The notes under the pieces: generated by a model
Seen by the model: the letters and a program-made list of their open reading frames with translations, nothing else
Told to the model about the DNA's origin: nothing
Database searches by the model: none
From: an uncultured Verrucomicrobiae bacterium
GTDB taxonomy: Bacteria; Verrucomicrobiota; Verrucomicrobiia; Limisphaerales; Palsa-1400
Reading direction: 5' to 3'
NCBI GenBank assembly: GCA_963707025.1
Contig: CAVPOM010000009.1
Coordinates: 352,001-416,000, forward strand
Length of the DNA: 64,000 nt
Position numbers and translations under genes: made by a program
Shown here: piece after piece, positions 18,785 to 29,215 of the stretch
Position numbering within the stretch: the stretch's first letter is position 1
How the letters are laid out: each line of letters begins with the position of its first letter

Positions 18785-20857
18785 ATGAAACTACAAACTA
18801 AAGTCGGATTGCAACTGCTGGGCGGGCTGATGGGTGTCCTGGCGGTTTCGCAGGCGGTACAATATGTTCAGGCGCACCGCTCCAATGGCAGGCTGGCGGG
18901 GTCGAGCCAGGCGCTGCTCCAGGAACGCGAGCTTCAGAATGTCAAGAACATCCATGCCGCGGTGGATTTCAGCGTGAGCGATTGCCTGGGTCGCGGGGAC
19001 ATGGATGTGTTCCCCCGGCTGATCAAGTTGCAGCAAACCATGCCGGGCTTCCTGGAGTTCTCCCTTTACGATGAAGAAGGGAAGATCAGCGATTCGTCGC
19101 TCAAATCCGCGCGCGGGCACAAGCTGGAGCCGCAGCTCAAGGCGGTGCTTTACTCCAAACCGGACGAACTGCTGCAAACGACCAGCAACGGTTTCGAAAT
19201 CTACAAGCCCCTGATCGCCACCGCGAAATGTCTGGAATGCCACGACGCCAAAGTTGGTGATATCCGCGGGGTGACCTATTTCCATTTCTCGAACGAGGCC
19301 GCCAGCCGGCTGGCCGGGCAATTCGGCGAAATCACCACTGCCGCCAATCACCAATGGCAGGCTCTTTCGGTAGGTATTCTGTTTTTTGGAGGTTTGATCG
19401 TCGCGGCCCTGACGTTTGCCATCACCCGCCCCATCCTTAAGACCTTGTCCGCCACGACGAGCGAGTTGAACGGGCAAAGCGCCGAAATCCGCGCGGGAGC
19501 CACCCAGGTGGCCAGCGCCGCCGCCACGCTGGCGGAAAGCGCCAGCGAGCAAGCCGCCTCTCTGGAGGAAACGAGTGCCTCGTTGGAGGAAGTCTCCAGC
19601 ATGACCAAGCGCAACACGGAAAATGCCGAGAAGGTCAACCAATTGGCGCGCGAGGCCCGCGTCGCGGCCGACAGCGGCGCGGCCGAAATGCAGGCCATGG
19701 CGGGAGCCATGAATGAGATCAAAACCAGCGGGGATGACATCGCCAAGATCATCAAGACCATTGATGAGATTGCCTTCCAGACGAATATCCTGGCCCTGAA
19801 TGCCGCGGTGGAGGCCGCGCGCGCCGGCGAGGCGGGGCTGGGCTTCGCCGTCGTGGCCGATGAAGTGCGCAACCTGGCGCAACGCGCCGCCCAATCCGCC
19901 AAGGAAACATCCGCCAAAATCGAGAACGCGGTCCACAAGACGGCCCAGGGCGTTCAGATCACCGCCGGGGTGTCAAAGAGCCTGCAGGAGATTGTGGCCA
20001 AAGCGCGCCAAGTGGACGAATTGGCGGGCGCGGTTGCCAGCGCTTCCAAAGAACAGTCGCAGGGCATCGAACAGGTCAACATTGCGGTGGCGCAGATGGA
20101 CAAGGCCACGCAGAGCAATGCCGCCAGCGCCGAGGAGAGCGCCGCGGCCGCGGAACAACTCAACGGTCAAGCCGCAATCATGAAAGAATCCATCCTGGAA
20201 TTGTTGAAACTCGTCAATGGCAGCAGCCAGACGGTCTTGTCCGCGTCAGTGCCCCACACCCATGGTGGCGGCTCGTCCCGCAGCCCGATCAAAGCAGCTT
20301 CACATCCAAGGGGGAACGGAAAATCCGGCCATTTGTCATCCTCTCCGCAGGGCGGCCCGGCAGCGGGACCGCGGGCGATGCAGGCAGGCTTGGTTGCCTG
20401 GGACGAGTCATCCATGTCCACCGGCGTGGAATCGGTTGATGCCCAGCATCAAGATTTGATCCGGAACATTAATGAGCTGCACAGGGCCTTTCTGGCCGGG
20501 ACGGCGAAGGAAGAGTTGCTCAAAATGCTGGTTTTCCTCGGCGAATACGTCCAAACGCATTTCCAGCATGAGGAGCGGGTCATGCAAGAGCATCAATGCC
20601 CCGTTCGCGGCAAGAACAAGGCCGCGCATGACCAGTTTCTGAAAGATTTCGCAAGCCTGCACGAAATCGTGAAACGGGAGGGATCCTCCACCTCGGCGGC
20701 CATGCAAATCAAGACCATGCTGGGCAACTGGCTGAAAAATCATATTTGCACCGTGGACACTCATTTGCGCGGCTGCCGCCAGACGCCCCCGGCCTTGGAA
20801 AATGCCGGGTATGGCCGGAGCGAGATCCCGATGGCAGGCGAATTAAAAGCCTTTTAA
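18785..20857 (+). CDS. MCP with periplasmic c-type heme motif and C-terminal bacteriohemerythrin domain
   Basis: CLECH between the two TMs; MCP signalling domain; [20 protein letters not shown]...HFQHEERVM...H..F...[10 protein letters not shown] hemerythrin ligands. Confidence 0.92.
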   Translation: MKLQTKVGLQLLGGLMGVLAVSQAVQYVQAHRSNGRLAGSSQALLQERELQNVKNIHAAVDFSVSDCLGRGDMDVFPRLIKLQQTMPGFLEFSLYDEEGKISDSSLKSARGHKLEPQLKAVLYSKPDELLQTTSNGFEIYKPLIATAKCLECHDAKVGDIRGVTYFHFSNEAASRLAGQFGEITTAANHQWQALSVGILFFGGLIVAALTFAITRPILKTLSATTSELNGQSAEIRAGATQVASAAATLAESASEQAASLEETSASLEEVSSMTKRNTENAEKVNQLAREARVAADSGAAEMQAMAGAMNEIKTSGDDIAKIIKTIDEIAFQTNILALNAAVEAARAGEAGLGFAVVADEVRNLAQRAAQSAKETSAKIENAVHKTAQGVQITAGVSKSLQEIVAKARQVDELAGAVASASKEQSQGIEQVNIAVAQMDKATQSNAASAEESAAAAEQLNGQAAIMKESILELLKLVNGSSQTVLSASVPHTHGGGSSRSPIKAASHPRGNGKSGHLSSSPQGGPAAGPRAMQAGLVAWDESSMSTGVESVDAQHQDLIRNINELHRAFLAGTAKEELLKMLVFLGEYVQTHFQHEERVMQEHQCPVRGKNKAAHDQFLKDFASLHEIVKREGSSTSAAMQIKTMLGNWLKNHICTVDTHLRGCRQTPPALENAGYGRSEIPMAGELKAF

Positions 20858-20875
20858 TTCCCACCCGAACCAACC

Positions 20876-21394
20876 ATGACTACCTCGACAATACTGCCGA
20901 CCGCCACCGGCAAGGCCGGCGCTGCCGCGGGAAAGTATCTTACCCTGACACTGGGTGGGGAGTCCTACGGAATCGCCGTAACCAAGGTGCGGGAGATCAT
21001 CCGCCCGATGAAAATAACCTTGGTGCCGCAGATGCCCAATTTCGTCAAGGGCGTGATCAACCTGCGCGGCAAGGTGATTCCGATCGTGGACCTGCGGCTG
21101 AGATTTCAAATGCCCGAGGTCCCGGCCACCGAGCGGACCTGCATTGTGGTTGTTCAAGTTATGCTGGGTAACGGCACGGAGGCTTTGATGGGCCTGGTGG
21201 TGGACGGCGTGGAGGAAGTCGCCAACATCCCGGCGGCCGATATGGAGCCGACGCCCGATTTTGGCACCTGCCTGGACGCCGCCTACATTATCGGCATGGC
21301 CAAGGTCAAGGGCGCGGTAAAAACACTGCTGGACATTGACCGGCTGCTCAAAGAAGAAACCGGCGCTCCCCTCCCGAACGGGGCTGAAGCGTGA
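20876..21394 (+). CDS. cheW: Chemotaxis coupling protein CheW
   Basis: KYLTLTLGGESYGI..VREII...VPQMPNFVKGVINLRGKVIPIVDLR...GLVVDGVEEV. Confidence 0.95.
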   Translation: MTTSTILPTATGKAGAAAGKYLTLTLGGESYGIAVTKVREIIRPMKITLVPQMPNFVKGVINLRGKVIPIVDLRLRFQMPEVPATERTCIVVVQVMLGNGTEALMGLVVDGVEEVANIPAADMEPTPDFGTCLDAAYIIGMAKVKGAVKTLLDIDRLLKEETGAPLPNGAEA

Positions 21395-21417
21395 AGCCCA
21401 AACAGAATTGACGCGCC

Positions 21418-23583
21418 ATGAACCCAGAAGCAGTCGCCGCGCTGAAAAGCCTTTCGGAAAAGATCGCCCGCGAGCTGGTTTTCGCCGAACCCGGCAAAGA
21501 CCTTGGTCTGCTGCCGGTGAACAGTCTGCTCATCCAGATCGAGGAACATCTGGCCCAAACGGGCTGTGCGGACCCGTTGCCGCAGGCGGCTCGTTTGGCG
21601 CGCCGCTGGGTGGAAGGCATCATTGAATCCACCGGCACCTTCAGCGTCTCCGGCCTGAAGCGGTTGGGAGAATGGGCGGCTTGGTTGCAGGCGGGGGTAC
21701 AGGCGCTCGAGAGCCAAAGTGACATGCCGGCGATACCCGGCGGTTGGGAAAGTCTGAATATCGAGGCGGGCGCGCCGGAACCGGCTGCGCCGGAAGAATT
21801 GCCGGATCAATCTGAACCGGCGCTGCTGCTGAATCTGGATCAGGATGGTGAGTTGCTGCGGGAGTTCATCAACGAATCCCAGGAGCACTTGGAGAACATC
21901 GAACAAGGTGTGCTCGTCCTGGAGGAAAACCCGTCGGACGCGGAGACGCTGAACTCGATCTTCCGGGCCTTTCACACCTTCAAAGGCGGTTCGGGCTTCT
22001 TAAACCTGGAGGCCATCAAGACACTGGCGCACGAGCTGGAATCGGTGCTGGATCTGGCCCGGCAACAAAAGCTGGCCATCACACCCGAGGTCATCAATCT
22101 CATCCTGGAGGGCGGGGACACGCTCCAGCGGTTTATGGGTGAGATCGGCGCCCGCCTGTCCGGCCAACAACCGGCAGGTCCGATTATCGTGCCGACCTTG
22201 CATTTGCTGGGATGCGTCCGGGAGGTGCTGGCGCGTGGCACAGGGTCTTCGGCTCCAGAGACCGCCACGGCGATTCGTCCCGTCGTTGCCGCCGCAATCC
22301 CACCCGCGCCAGCGGAGTCCCGAAGTTCCGGCGCGAGGGCTGTCGCTGAAACCGCCTTGGAAATCAAGCCGGGAAGTCCGGGCAAAACCCGGACCATTGC
22401 TCCCGGCACCTCCATCAAGGTGGATACGTTGAAGCTGGACAGCCTGGTTGATCTGGTGGGCGAACTGGTGATTGCGCAATCGTTGATCATCCAGAACCGG
22501 AATCTCAACACTTCGCGGGACGAGCAACTGACCCGGGATCTGGCGCAACTCGGGCACATCAGCAAGGATTTGCAACGCACGGCCATGTCTCTGCGCATGG
22601 TGCCGATCAGCGCGACCTTTCAAAAGATGCACCGGCTGGTGCGCGACCTCACAGCCAAGGTGGGCAAACAGGTGGAGTTAGTGACCGAAGGGGAAGACAC
22701 CGAACTGGATCGCACCATTGTGGAGGAGATCAGCGATCCGCTGGCGCACATGGTTCGCAACTCCGTGGACCACGGGATCGAAAAGGAAGCCCTCCGGCAA
22801 CAGCGCGGCAAGCCGGCGCGCGGCACGGTGTTCCTCAGGGCCTTTCACCAGGGCGGCAACATTGTCATCGAGATCAGGGACGACGGCAACGGTCTGGACC
22901 GGGAACGGATTCTGGCCAAGGCGCTGGAGCAGGGTTTGGTGAAGCCGGATGAACAACTTTCGGACAGCCAGATCTTCCATCTCATTCTTGCCGCCGGGTT
23001 TTCCACGGCGGAAACCGTTACCGATCTTTCCGGTCGCGGAGTCGGATTGGATGTAGTGCGCCGCAACATCGAGAAACTGCGCGGCAAGATCGAGATTCAA
23101 TCCAATCCGGGACAAGGCTCCACCTTCCGCATTTATGTGCCACTCACCCTGGCCATCATTGACGGCCTGCTCGTCGGCGTGGGAGAACACCGTTACATTG
23201 TACCGACGTTATCGGTGTGCGAATCGTTCCAGCCGAAGGTCGAGATGATCCAGACGGTGCATGGGCGCGGTGAACTGATCAACGTGCGCGGCCGGTTGCT
23301 GCCGCTGCTGCGCCTTTACTCGCATCTGGGGATTCAGCCGGTGACGACCGATCCGGCGCGGTCCATCGTGGTGGTGGTGGAAGCGGGCAAAGAGGCCCGT
23401 TGCCTGCTGGTGGACCAACTGCTCGGCAAGCAGGAAGTCGTCATCAAGAGCCTGGGTGAAACTTTCGCCGCCAACCGTTGTCTGGCCGGAGCGGCCATCC
23501 TGGGCGACGGGCGCGTCGGGCTGATTCTCGATCCCCAGGCGTTGGTGCGTCTTGAATCCGCCCCCATGGAGGCGGCGGCTTGA
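21418..23583 (+). CDS. cheA: Chemotaxis histidine kinase CheA
   Basis: Hpt IFRAFHTFKG, dimerisation KLDSLVDLVGELVI, HMVRNSVDHGIE, SGRGVGLDVV, CheW-like C-terminus. Confidence 0.96.
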   Translation: MNPEAVAALKSLSEKIARELVFAEPGKDLGLLPVNSLLIQIEEHLAQTGCADPLPQAARLARRWVEGIIESTGTFSVSGLKRLGEWAAWLQAGVQALESQSDMPAIPGGWESLNIEAGAPEPAAPEELPDQSEPALLLNLDQDGELLREFINESQEHLENIEQGVLVLEENPSDAETLNSIFRAFHTFKGGSGFLNLEAIKTLAHELESVLDLARQQKLAITPEVINLILEGGDTLQRFMGEIGARLSGQQPAGPIIVPTLHLLGCVREVLARGTGSSAPETATAIRPVVAAAIPPAPAESRSSGARAVAETALEIKPGSPGKTRTIAPGTSIKVDTLKLDSLVDLVGELVIAQSLIIQNRNLNTSRDEQLTRDLAQLGHISKDLQRTAMSLRMVPISATFQKMHRLVRDLTAKVGKQVELVTEGEDTELDRTIVEEISDPLAHMVRNSVDHGIEKEALRQQRGKPARGTVFLRAFHQGGNIVIEIRDDGNGLDRERILAKALEQGLVKPDEQLSDSQIFHLILAAGFSTAETVTDLSGRGVGLDVVRRNIEKLRGKIEIQSNPGQGSTFRIYVPLTLAIIDGLLVGVGEHRYIVPTLSVCESFQPKVEMIQTVHGRGELINVRGRLLPLLRLYSHLGIQPVTTDPARSIVVVVEAGKEARCLLVDQLLGKQEVVIKSLGETFAANRCLAGAAILGDGRVGLILDPQALVRLESAPMEAAA

Positions 23584-23599
23584 TGGCCCCGGCAAGAGG

Positions 23600-24439
23600 A
23601 TGCAGGCGATGACCACCATGAAGGCCGAGTCGGAGGCGTACCGCTACATCATCGAACTGGTCCACCACCGCTGCGGCATCCGATTGCACCAGGGCAAGGA
23701 AGCGCTCATCAAAGCGCGGTTGGGCAAACGCCTGCGCCACTTCAGTTTCGCCAGCCTGGCCGCCTACTGCGACTTTCTCCAGTCTGGTGGCAACAACGAG
23801 GAGGAATTGGAGCTGATGACCGAGGCGTTGACTACAAATTTCACCGGCTTTCTGCGCGAGGAAAGCCATTTCAAGTTCATGGTGGACCAAGGGCTGCCTG
23901 CGCTGCTTGCCCCGGGCTCGAGCAAAATCCGGGTCTGGAGCGCCGCCAGTTCCACCGGGGAAGAGCCTTACTCGATCGCCTTCTATCTGGGCGACCGTCA
24001 TCCGCCTGAAGAAGGATGGGACTGGCGGATCACCGCCTCGGACATTTCCACCAAAGTGCTGGGCAAGGCGCGCCAGGCGATTTATGCGCAAGAGCGGGTG
24101 CAGGGGCTGCCCAGGGAATGGCTGCGCAAATACTTTCAAAAGGGCACCGGCCCGTGGGAAGGCCACTATCGCATCAAAAGCAGCCTGGCCGAACGGGTGA
24201 CCTTCCAGCAGATCAATTTGATCGAACCCTACTGCCATGCGGAGCCGTTCCAGATCATCTTCTGTCGCAACGTCATGATTTATTTCGACCGTTCCACCCA
24301 GGAACAACTGGTCAAACAGCTCTGCCGCTTTCTGGTGCCCAATGGTTATCTTCTCATCGGCCACTCCGAGAGCCTCAACGGCCTGAACCTTCCGCTGCGC
24401 TGCCTGCGGCCCAGCATCTACCAAAGGAGCCAAGCCTGA
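23600..24439 (+). CDS. cheR: Chemotaxis methyltransferase CheR
   Basis: TTNFTGFLRE..HF, RVWSAASSTGEEPYSIA, ASDIS, IIFCRNVMIYFD, GHSESL. Confidence 0.96.
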   Translation: MQAMTTMKAESEAYRYIIELVHHRCGIRLHQGKEALIKARLGKRLRHFSFASLAAYCDFLQSGGNNEEELELMTEALTTNFTGFLREESHFKFMVDQGLPALLAPGSSKIRVWSAASSTGEEPYSIAFYLGDRHPPEEGWDWRITASDISTKVLGKARQAIYAQERVQGLPREWLRKYFQKGTGPWEGHYRIKSSLAERVTFQQINLIEPYCHAEPFQIIFCRNVMIYFDRSTQEQLVKQLCRFLVPNGYLLIGHSESLNGLNLPLRCLRPSIYQRSQA

Positions 24440-24441
24440 AT

Positions 24442-24987
24442 ATGGGAAGCCCGTCCCTGAGCGCCATCGCCGAGTTTGAAAGCAAGCTGATCGTCGGAGT
24501 CGGCGGACTGGCGGTTTCCAACAATCAAGCCATGACCCTGACGACCTATTCGCTGGGTTCCTGCCTGGGCATAACCATTTACGATCCGGTGACCCGCGCG
24601 GGCGGATTGTTGCACGCCATGCTGCCGGATTCTTCGATCAATTCCGCCAAAGCCAGCGAGCAACCGGCCATGTTTGTGGATACGGGGATTGGCGCTTTGT
24701 TCCGCGCGGCCTACGCGCTGAAGGCGGAAAAACACCGGATGCAAATCTGCGTGGCTGGCGGCGCCCAGTTCATGGACAAATCCGGCTTTTTCAACATCGG
24801 TCAGCGCAACTACGCCTGTCTGGCCCAACTGCTCGGCCAGCATGGCTTGGTCATTGACGCGGCGGACGTGGGAGGACTGGTCAGTCGGACCTTGAATCTG
24901 CGCTTAAAGACCGGGGAGGTGCGCCTGAAAAGTTCCAGCCTGAGCGAAGAAACCATTCTGTTTAGAGGTTATGCAAGCGTTGGATAA
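24442..24987 (+). CDS. cheD: Chemoreceptor glutamine deamidase CheD
   Basis: TYSLGSCLGITIYDP...GGLLHAMLP...FVDTG...GGAQ...NIGQRN...DVGG. Confidence 0.93.
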   Translation: MGSPSLSAIAEFESKLIVGVGGLAVSNNQAMTLTTYSLGSCLGITIYDPVTRAGGLLHAMLPDSSINSAKASEQPAMFVDTGIGALFRAAYALKAEKHRMQICVAGGAQFMDKSGFFNIGQRNYACLAQLLGQHGLVIDAADVGGLVSRTLNLRLKTGEVRLKSSSLSEETILFRGYASVG

Positions 24988-25819
24988 CTACATTGACTCG
25001 GTGAAGACCCTGCCGCCAGCCCCGCGGGTTCTGCCGCAGTTGCTCGTGCTCTTGAACTTGGACGACACCGACGCCCGGGAGATTGTGGACCTTATTTCGC
25101 TGGATCCGGCCTTGACGGCGAAGGTGCTGCAGCACTGCAACAACGCGGCATCCGGCCGGTCCTGCGCCGTCTCCGATCCGGCGGAGGCGGTGACGCAAGC
25201 CGGCTTCGGCGCCATTTACCGGTTGGTGGCGATGGTGGTGGGCGAAAGCCTGCTGGGATCGGCCCAACAAGGCTACGGCATTGGCGCGGGCGAATTGTGG
25301 GAGCATTCGGTCACGACCGCGGTGGCGGCCAGGGTCATTGCCGGCAAACTGGGCGGCGAGGACAATCTGGCGTTTACGGCGGGGCTGCTCCATGACATCG
25401 GCAAACTGGTGCTCGGCGCTTTTCTGGAGGGCATGCAACCGTCGGTTTCGAGAGAAACCGGGCCGTCCGGCCATTCCTTTCTGGAAGCAGAGAAAGCCAT
25501 TCTTGGGGTGGATCACGAGGAAATCGGCGGGCGGCTGCTGGCGCGGTGGAATTTCCCGGAAAAGCTGGCGGCAGCGGTGCGGTGCCATCACGACCCGGCC
25601 CAAGCCCGGCCGCATGAGCAACTGGCCGCTTATGTTCATCTGGGAGACATCATCGCCCACTGTCTTGGGCAGGCCCAAGGGTATGAATCCTTCGCCGTGC
25701 GGACCCGGCCGGAGGCGCTGGAGATTTTGGAAATCAGCCCAAGGGAAATCGAGACGCTCGTCCTCGAAACAGACGCGGCCTTGCAACAATGCCACGGGTT
25801 CACCCGCACCAGATCATGA
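24971..25819 (+). CDS. HDOD domain protein
   Basis: LPPAP, DPALTAKVL...N, LWEHS, AFTAGLLHDIGKLVL, GVDHEEIGG.LLARWNFP, HH. Confidence 0.92.
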   Translation: MQALDNYIDSVKTLPPAPRVLPQLLVLLNLDDTDAREIVDLISLDPALTAKVLQHCNNAASGRSCAVSDPAEAVTQAGFGAIYRLVAMVVGESLLGSAQQGYGIGAGELWEHSVTTAVAARVIAGKLGGEDNLAFTAGLLHDIGKLVLGAFLEGMQPSVSRETGPSGHSFLEAEKAILGVDHEEIGGRLLARWNFPEKLAAAVRCHHDPAQARPHEQLAAYVHLGDIIAHCLGQAQGYESFAVRTRPEALEILEISPREIETLVLETDAALQQCHGFTRTRS

Positions 25820-26901
25820 GCACCCGCCCCATCCGACTTTTGGTGGTGGATGATTCCGCGCTGGCGCGCAAGATCATCACCAGCAGTCTGGCCCCGTTTG
25901 CTGACATCGAAGTGGTCGGCACCGCGGTGGACCCTTATGTGGCCCGCGACAAAATCCTGGAACTGTCTCCCGATGTCGTGACGCTGGACATCGAGATGCC
26001 GCGCATGGACGGCATCACCTTCCTCAAACTTCTCATGAAACACCATCCCATGCCGGTGATTATTATGAGTTCGCTTACCCCGGCCGGTTCTGTCAAAGCG
26101 ATGGAGGCCCTCCACGCCGGCGCGGTGGACATCATGGAAAAACCGGGCGGCACCTTTTCCGCCCACGGCGACGGCGGCCGTCTGGTCGAAAAGATCAGGG
26201 CCGCCGCTGGCGCCCGGGTGCGCGCGCATCCGGAGGAAACGACTTTGTTCACCCGCCGCCCAACTCGGGCCGCGGGACAAGGGACGCCCAGGTCCCGCTC
26301 GTTTCCCGCGCGCAAGATCATTTTGCTGGGGGCCTCCACGGGTGGCACCGAGGCGTTGAAATCGGTGCTGACTTCCTTGCGGGGCGACCTGCCGGGCATC
26401 TGCATCGTGCAACACATTCCGGCTTACTTCTCCAAGGCGTTCGCCGACCGGCTCAATCAAATCTGCCCGATGGAGGTGCGGGAGGCCAGCCACGGGGACA
26501 TCCTCCAGCCGGGATTGGCCTTGATCGCGCCCGGCGGGCGGCATCTGCTCTTGAAATGGCAGGGGAGTCACTATGCGGTGGAATTAAACGACGGGCCGCC
26601 GATCCATCATCAAAGGCCGGCGGTTGACATTATGTTTGACTCTGCCGTGAGAGCGGGGGCCGGCCCGCACGCCGTCGCGGCGGTGTTGACGGGCATGGGC
26701 GCCGACGGGGCGGCCGGCCTGTTGCGCCTGCGCGAAGCGGGGGCCGCCACGGCCGCCCAAAACGAAGAGACCTGCGTCGTCTTCGGAATGCCGCGGGAAG
26801 CGGTCCGGCTGGGCGCCGCGCAGCAAGTCCTGGCGCTGTCGCGCATCGGCCAGTTTTTGGAGCAGGAAAACCAGGAACCACCACCCGATACTTATGAATG
26901 A
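25816..26901 (+). CDS. cheB: Chemotaxis methylesterase CheB (REC-CheB)
   Basis: REC (TLDIEMP) plus GASTGG, IVQHIP, RPAVD, LTGMGADGA, VFGMPREA. Confidence 0.96.
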   Translation: MSTRPIRLLVVDDSALARKIITSSLAPFADIEVVGTAVDPYVARDKILELSPDVVTLDIEMPRMDGITFLKLLMKHHPMPVIIMSSLTPAGSVKAMEALHAGAVDIMEKPGGTFSAHGDGGRLVEKIRAAAGARVRAHPEETTLFTRRPTRAAGQGTPRSRSFPARKIILLGASTGGTEALKSVLTSLRGDLPGICIVQHIPAYFSKAFADRLNQICPMEVREASHGDILQPGLALIAPGGRHLLLKWQGSHYAVELNDGPPIHHQRPAVDIMFDSAVRAGAGPHAVAAVLTGMGADGAAGLLRLREAGAATAAQNEETCVVFGMPREAVRLGAAQQVLALSRIGQFLEQENQEPPPDTYE

Positions 26902-27385
26902 CCAAATCGAACAGATAGACCGGTTAACAAGGGATGCGGTGAAGGAGGTCTTTCAAAGCATGTTGTCCATGGAGATGAACCCCCAGCCGCCCAGCCCGCT
27001 GCCGGCGGACCCCGCCGGGCAGATTATTGGTTCGGTCGCCTTCATCGGCGAGGCCACGGGCATCATTTACCTTTATTCCGGCATGAGCTTTGCCACGGTC
27101 ATCACCAGCCGCCTCCTGGGGATTTCCGAGCCGGAAGTGGACACCGGGGACATGGTGACTGACGCCATCGGTGAATTGAGCAACATGGTGGTGGGCTACG
27201 TGAAGTCGCGCCTGTGCGACAGCGGCTGGCCCTGCACGCTGACCATCCCCTCGGTGGTGCGCGGGCAGCAACTGAGCGTCGAAGGCTCGGCCCAAGTCAC
27301 CAGAAGAGTGATCGGATTCCGCAACTGCCAATATCTTTTGTTGGCGGAAGTGTTGCTAAAAGAGTCCAAAGCGAAAGAATTATGA
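26894..27385 (+). CDS. cheX: CheX-family phosphatase
   Basis: DAIGELSNMVVG (ExxN), LTIPSVVRG. Confidence 0.88.
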   Translation: MNDQIEQIDRLTRDAVKEVFQSMLSMEMNPQPPSPLPADPAGQIIGSVAFIGEATGIIYLYSGMSFATVITSRLLGISEPEVDTGDMVTDAIGELSNMVVGYVKSRLCDSGWPCTLTIPSVVRGQQLSVEGSAQVTRRVIGFRNCQYLLLAEVLLKESKAKEL

Positions 27386-28506
27386 GTATCAAAATCCTGA
27401 CCGTTGATGATAGCAAAACCATTCGCCTCATCGTGGCGAAGGCCTTCAAACCATTCGACTGCATGGTGCTGGAGGCGGACAATGGCATCATGGGCCTGGC
27501 GGTGGCCAGCCGCGAGAAGCCGGACGTCATTCTGCTGGACTACACCATGCCCGTGATGGACGGGTTTGAGGTCCTGGCGCGGTTGCGTTCCGACCCGGAC
27601 CTGAAAGCCACCCCGGTGATCATGCTGACCGCGGAAGCGGGGCGCGCGACGATCATGAAGATCGCCAAGCTCGGCGTGCGCGACTACCTCATCAAGCCAT
27701 TCAAAGGCGAACTGCTCATCGAGCGCGTTGGCCGTGTGGTGGAGCTGAAGGACAAGAACGCCGCTGTCGCAAAAAACAAGCGGTTTGACGACCCGATCCA
27801 CATCCTGGTGGTTGATGACAAACCCGCCATCGTCGAGCAAATTCGCGCCGGCCTGGCCGACACGCCGTGGAAGCTGACCAGCGCCGACCAACCCGGGCAG
27901 GCTCTGGACAATTGCATGGAGAACGGGGTGGATTTGGTGTTGGCCAGCTTGTCGCTGCCCAATGACGGGGCTTATATGCTCTTTCAAAACTTGCGCGGCT
28001 TTGCCAACACCGCCTCAATCCCGATGATTGGGATGTGCGTGCGCACCGCCGCCGCCGAGCTGGCGCGCGCCCAGCAAACCGGCTTCGCCAGCGTGATCAC
28101 CAAACCAATAGACCCTGCCGAACTCAAGACCAAAGTCAGCCGCACCCTCAAACTGCAGACCTCGTACAAATACTTCCAGCAACGCGACGGCGTCCTGGCG
28201 CTGATGCTGCCCAAGGATTTCCATCCGGGCGTGGCGCAGGAAGTTTCCACTCATCTGGACAGCCAGTTGGCCGGCACCGTGGACGCGGGCGGCAATAAAA
28301 TGATCATTGATCTCCTCGCGGTGGAGGCCGCCAGCTTGCCCGTCATCGAACTGGCGATTTCCGCCATTCAGGCGGCCACCAAGTTATCCATGTGTTTCGC
28401 GGTAGTCGGTTCGGCAGCCATCAAGGGCCAGTTCCGCAGTTGCGAGGAAACCCAGTCCTGTGTGTTTGCCGAGAGTTTTGAACAGGCTCTGGCTCTTCTC
28501 AGATAA
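27382..28506 (+). CDS. Tandem-receiver protein with C-terminal STAS-like domain (REC-pseudoREC-STAS)
   Basis: REC1 ILLDYTMP intact; REC2 LVLASLSLP lacks the phospho-Asp; tail NKMIIDLLAVE...FAVVG...FAESFEQALALL is STAS-like. Confidence 0.78.
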   Translation: MSIKILTVDDSKTIRLIVAKAFKPFDCMVLEADNGIMGLAVASREKPDVILLDYTMPVMDGFEVLARLRSDPDLKATPVIMLTAEAGRATIMKIAKLGVRDYLIKPFKGELLIERVGRVVELKDKNAAVAKNKRFDDPIHILVVDDKPAIVEQIRAGLADTPWKLTSADQPGQALDNCMENGVDLVLASLSLPNDGAYMLFQNLRGFANTASIPMIGMCVRTAAAELARAQQTGFASVITKPIDPAELKTKVSRTLKLQTSYKYFQQRDGVLALMLPKDFHPGVAQEVSTHLDSQLAGTVDAGGNKMIIDLLAVEAASLPVIELAISAIQAATKLSMCFAVVGSAAIKGQFRSCEETQSCVFAESFEQALALLR

Positions 28507-29215
28507 ACACGGGATCTCCGGTTAAACCCGAACCCGGGGTTTCAGCCGAGTTCGCCAAACTGACTCAATTACATGAGCTGGCCGCCAGACTCTCCTCCCA
28601 TTTGGAGATGGACGTGGATTTGCAAAGGTCCAAACCGGCGGCCGGGCCGTTCCAGAGATTTGCCGACAGCCTCTCCAACCCGGCCTTTCTCACGATGCTC
28701 AAGCTGCAGCCTCTGGCGGAGATCGGCCGGCTGAGCCTCCCGCCGCGGCCGCGCCTGTGAATTGTGGCCAGAGAATTCGGGATGCGAGCTCGGACTCTGG
28801 AAGGAATACGCCAAACCGGCCAGACGGAGGCCCGCCTCCTTTCCCTGGTCGCAAGCCTGATGATCCACCAAAGGTGCCGCACCAGGAGCATCCTCCTGGA
28901 GGCGCGGCCCGGCGTCCCGGGAAACGAAAGCAACCGCCGCCTCCGGCAAGACTTCGACCCCGGACAAACTCGCGAACCGCCGCCCATTGACCGCGTTGTT
29001 TTGGACTGGTCGGACCGTCCACAACGGATTTGGCGGAGAGGATGGCAAACGACGGCGCAGGCCCTGGAGGTTCGAGCGGATTCATTTCGGGCGGATGAGT
29101 GCGGTTGAGCCTTGCTGGTTGCGCCCCGCCAAGCCGAGATATCGCCAAAAAAAGCTTCTAAGTAAACAAATAATGGTGAGTGCGCTTGGGTGGGTTGAGG
29201 CACACTGTCCTCAGT

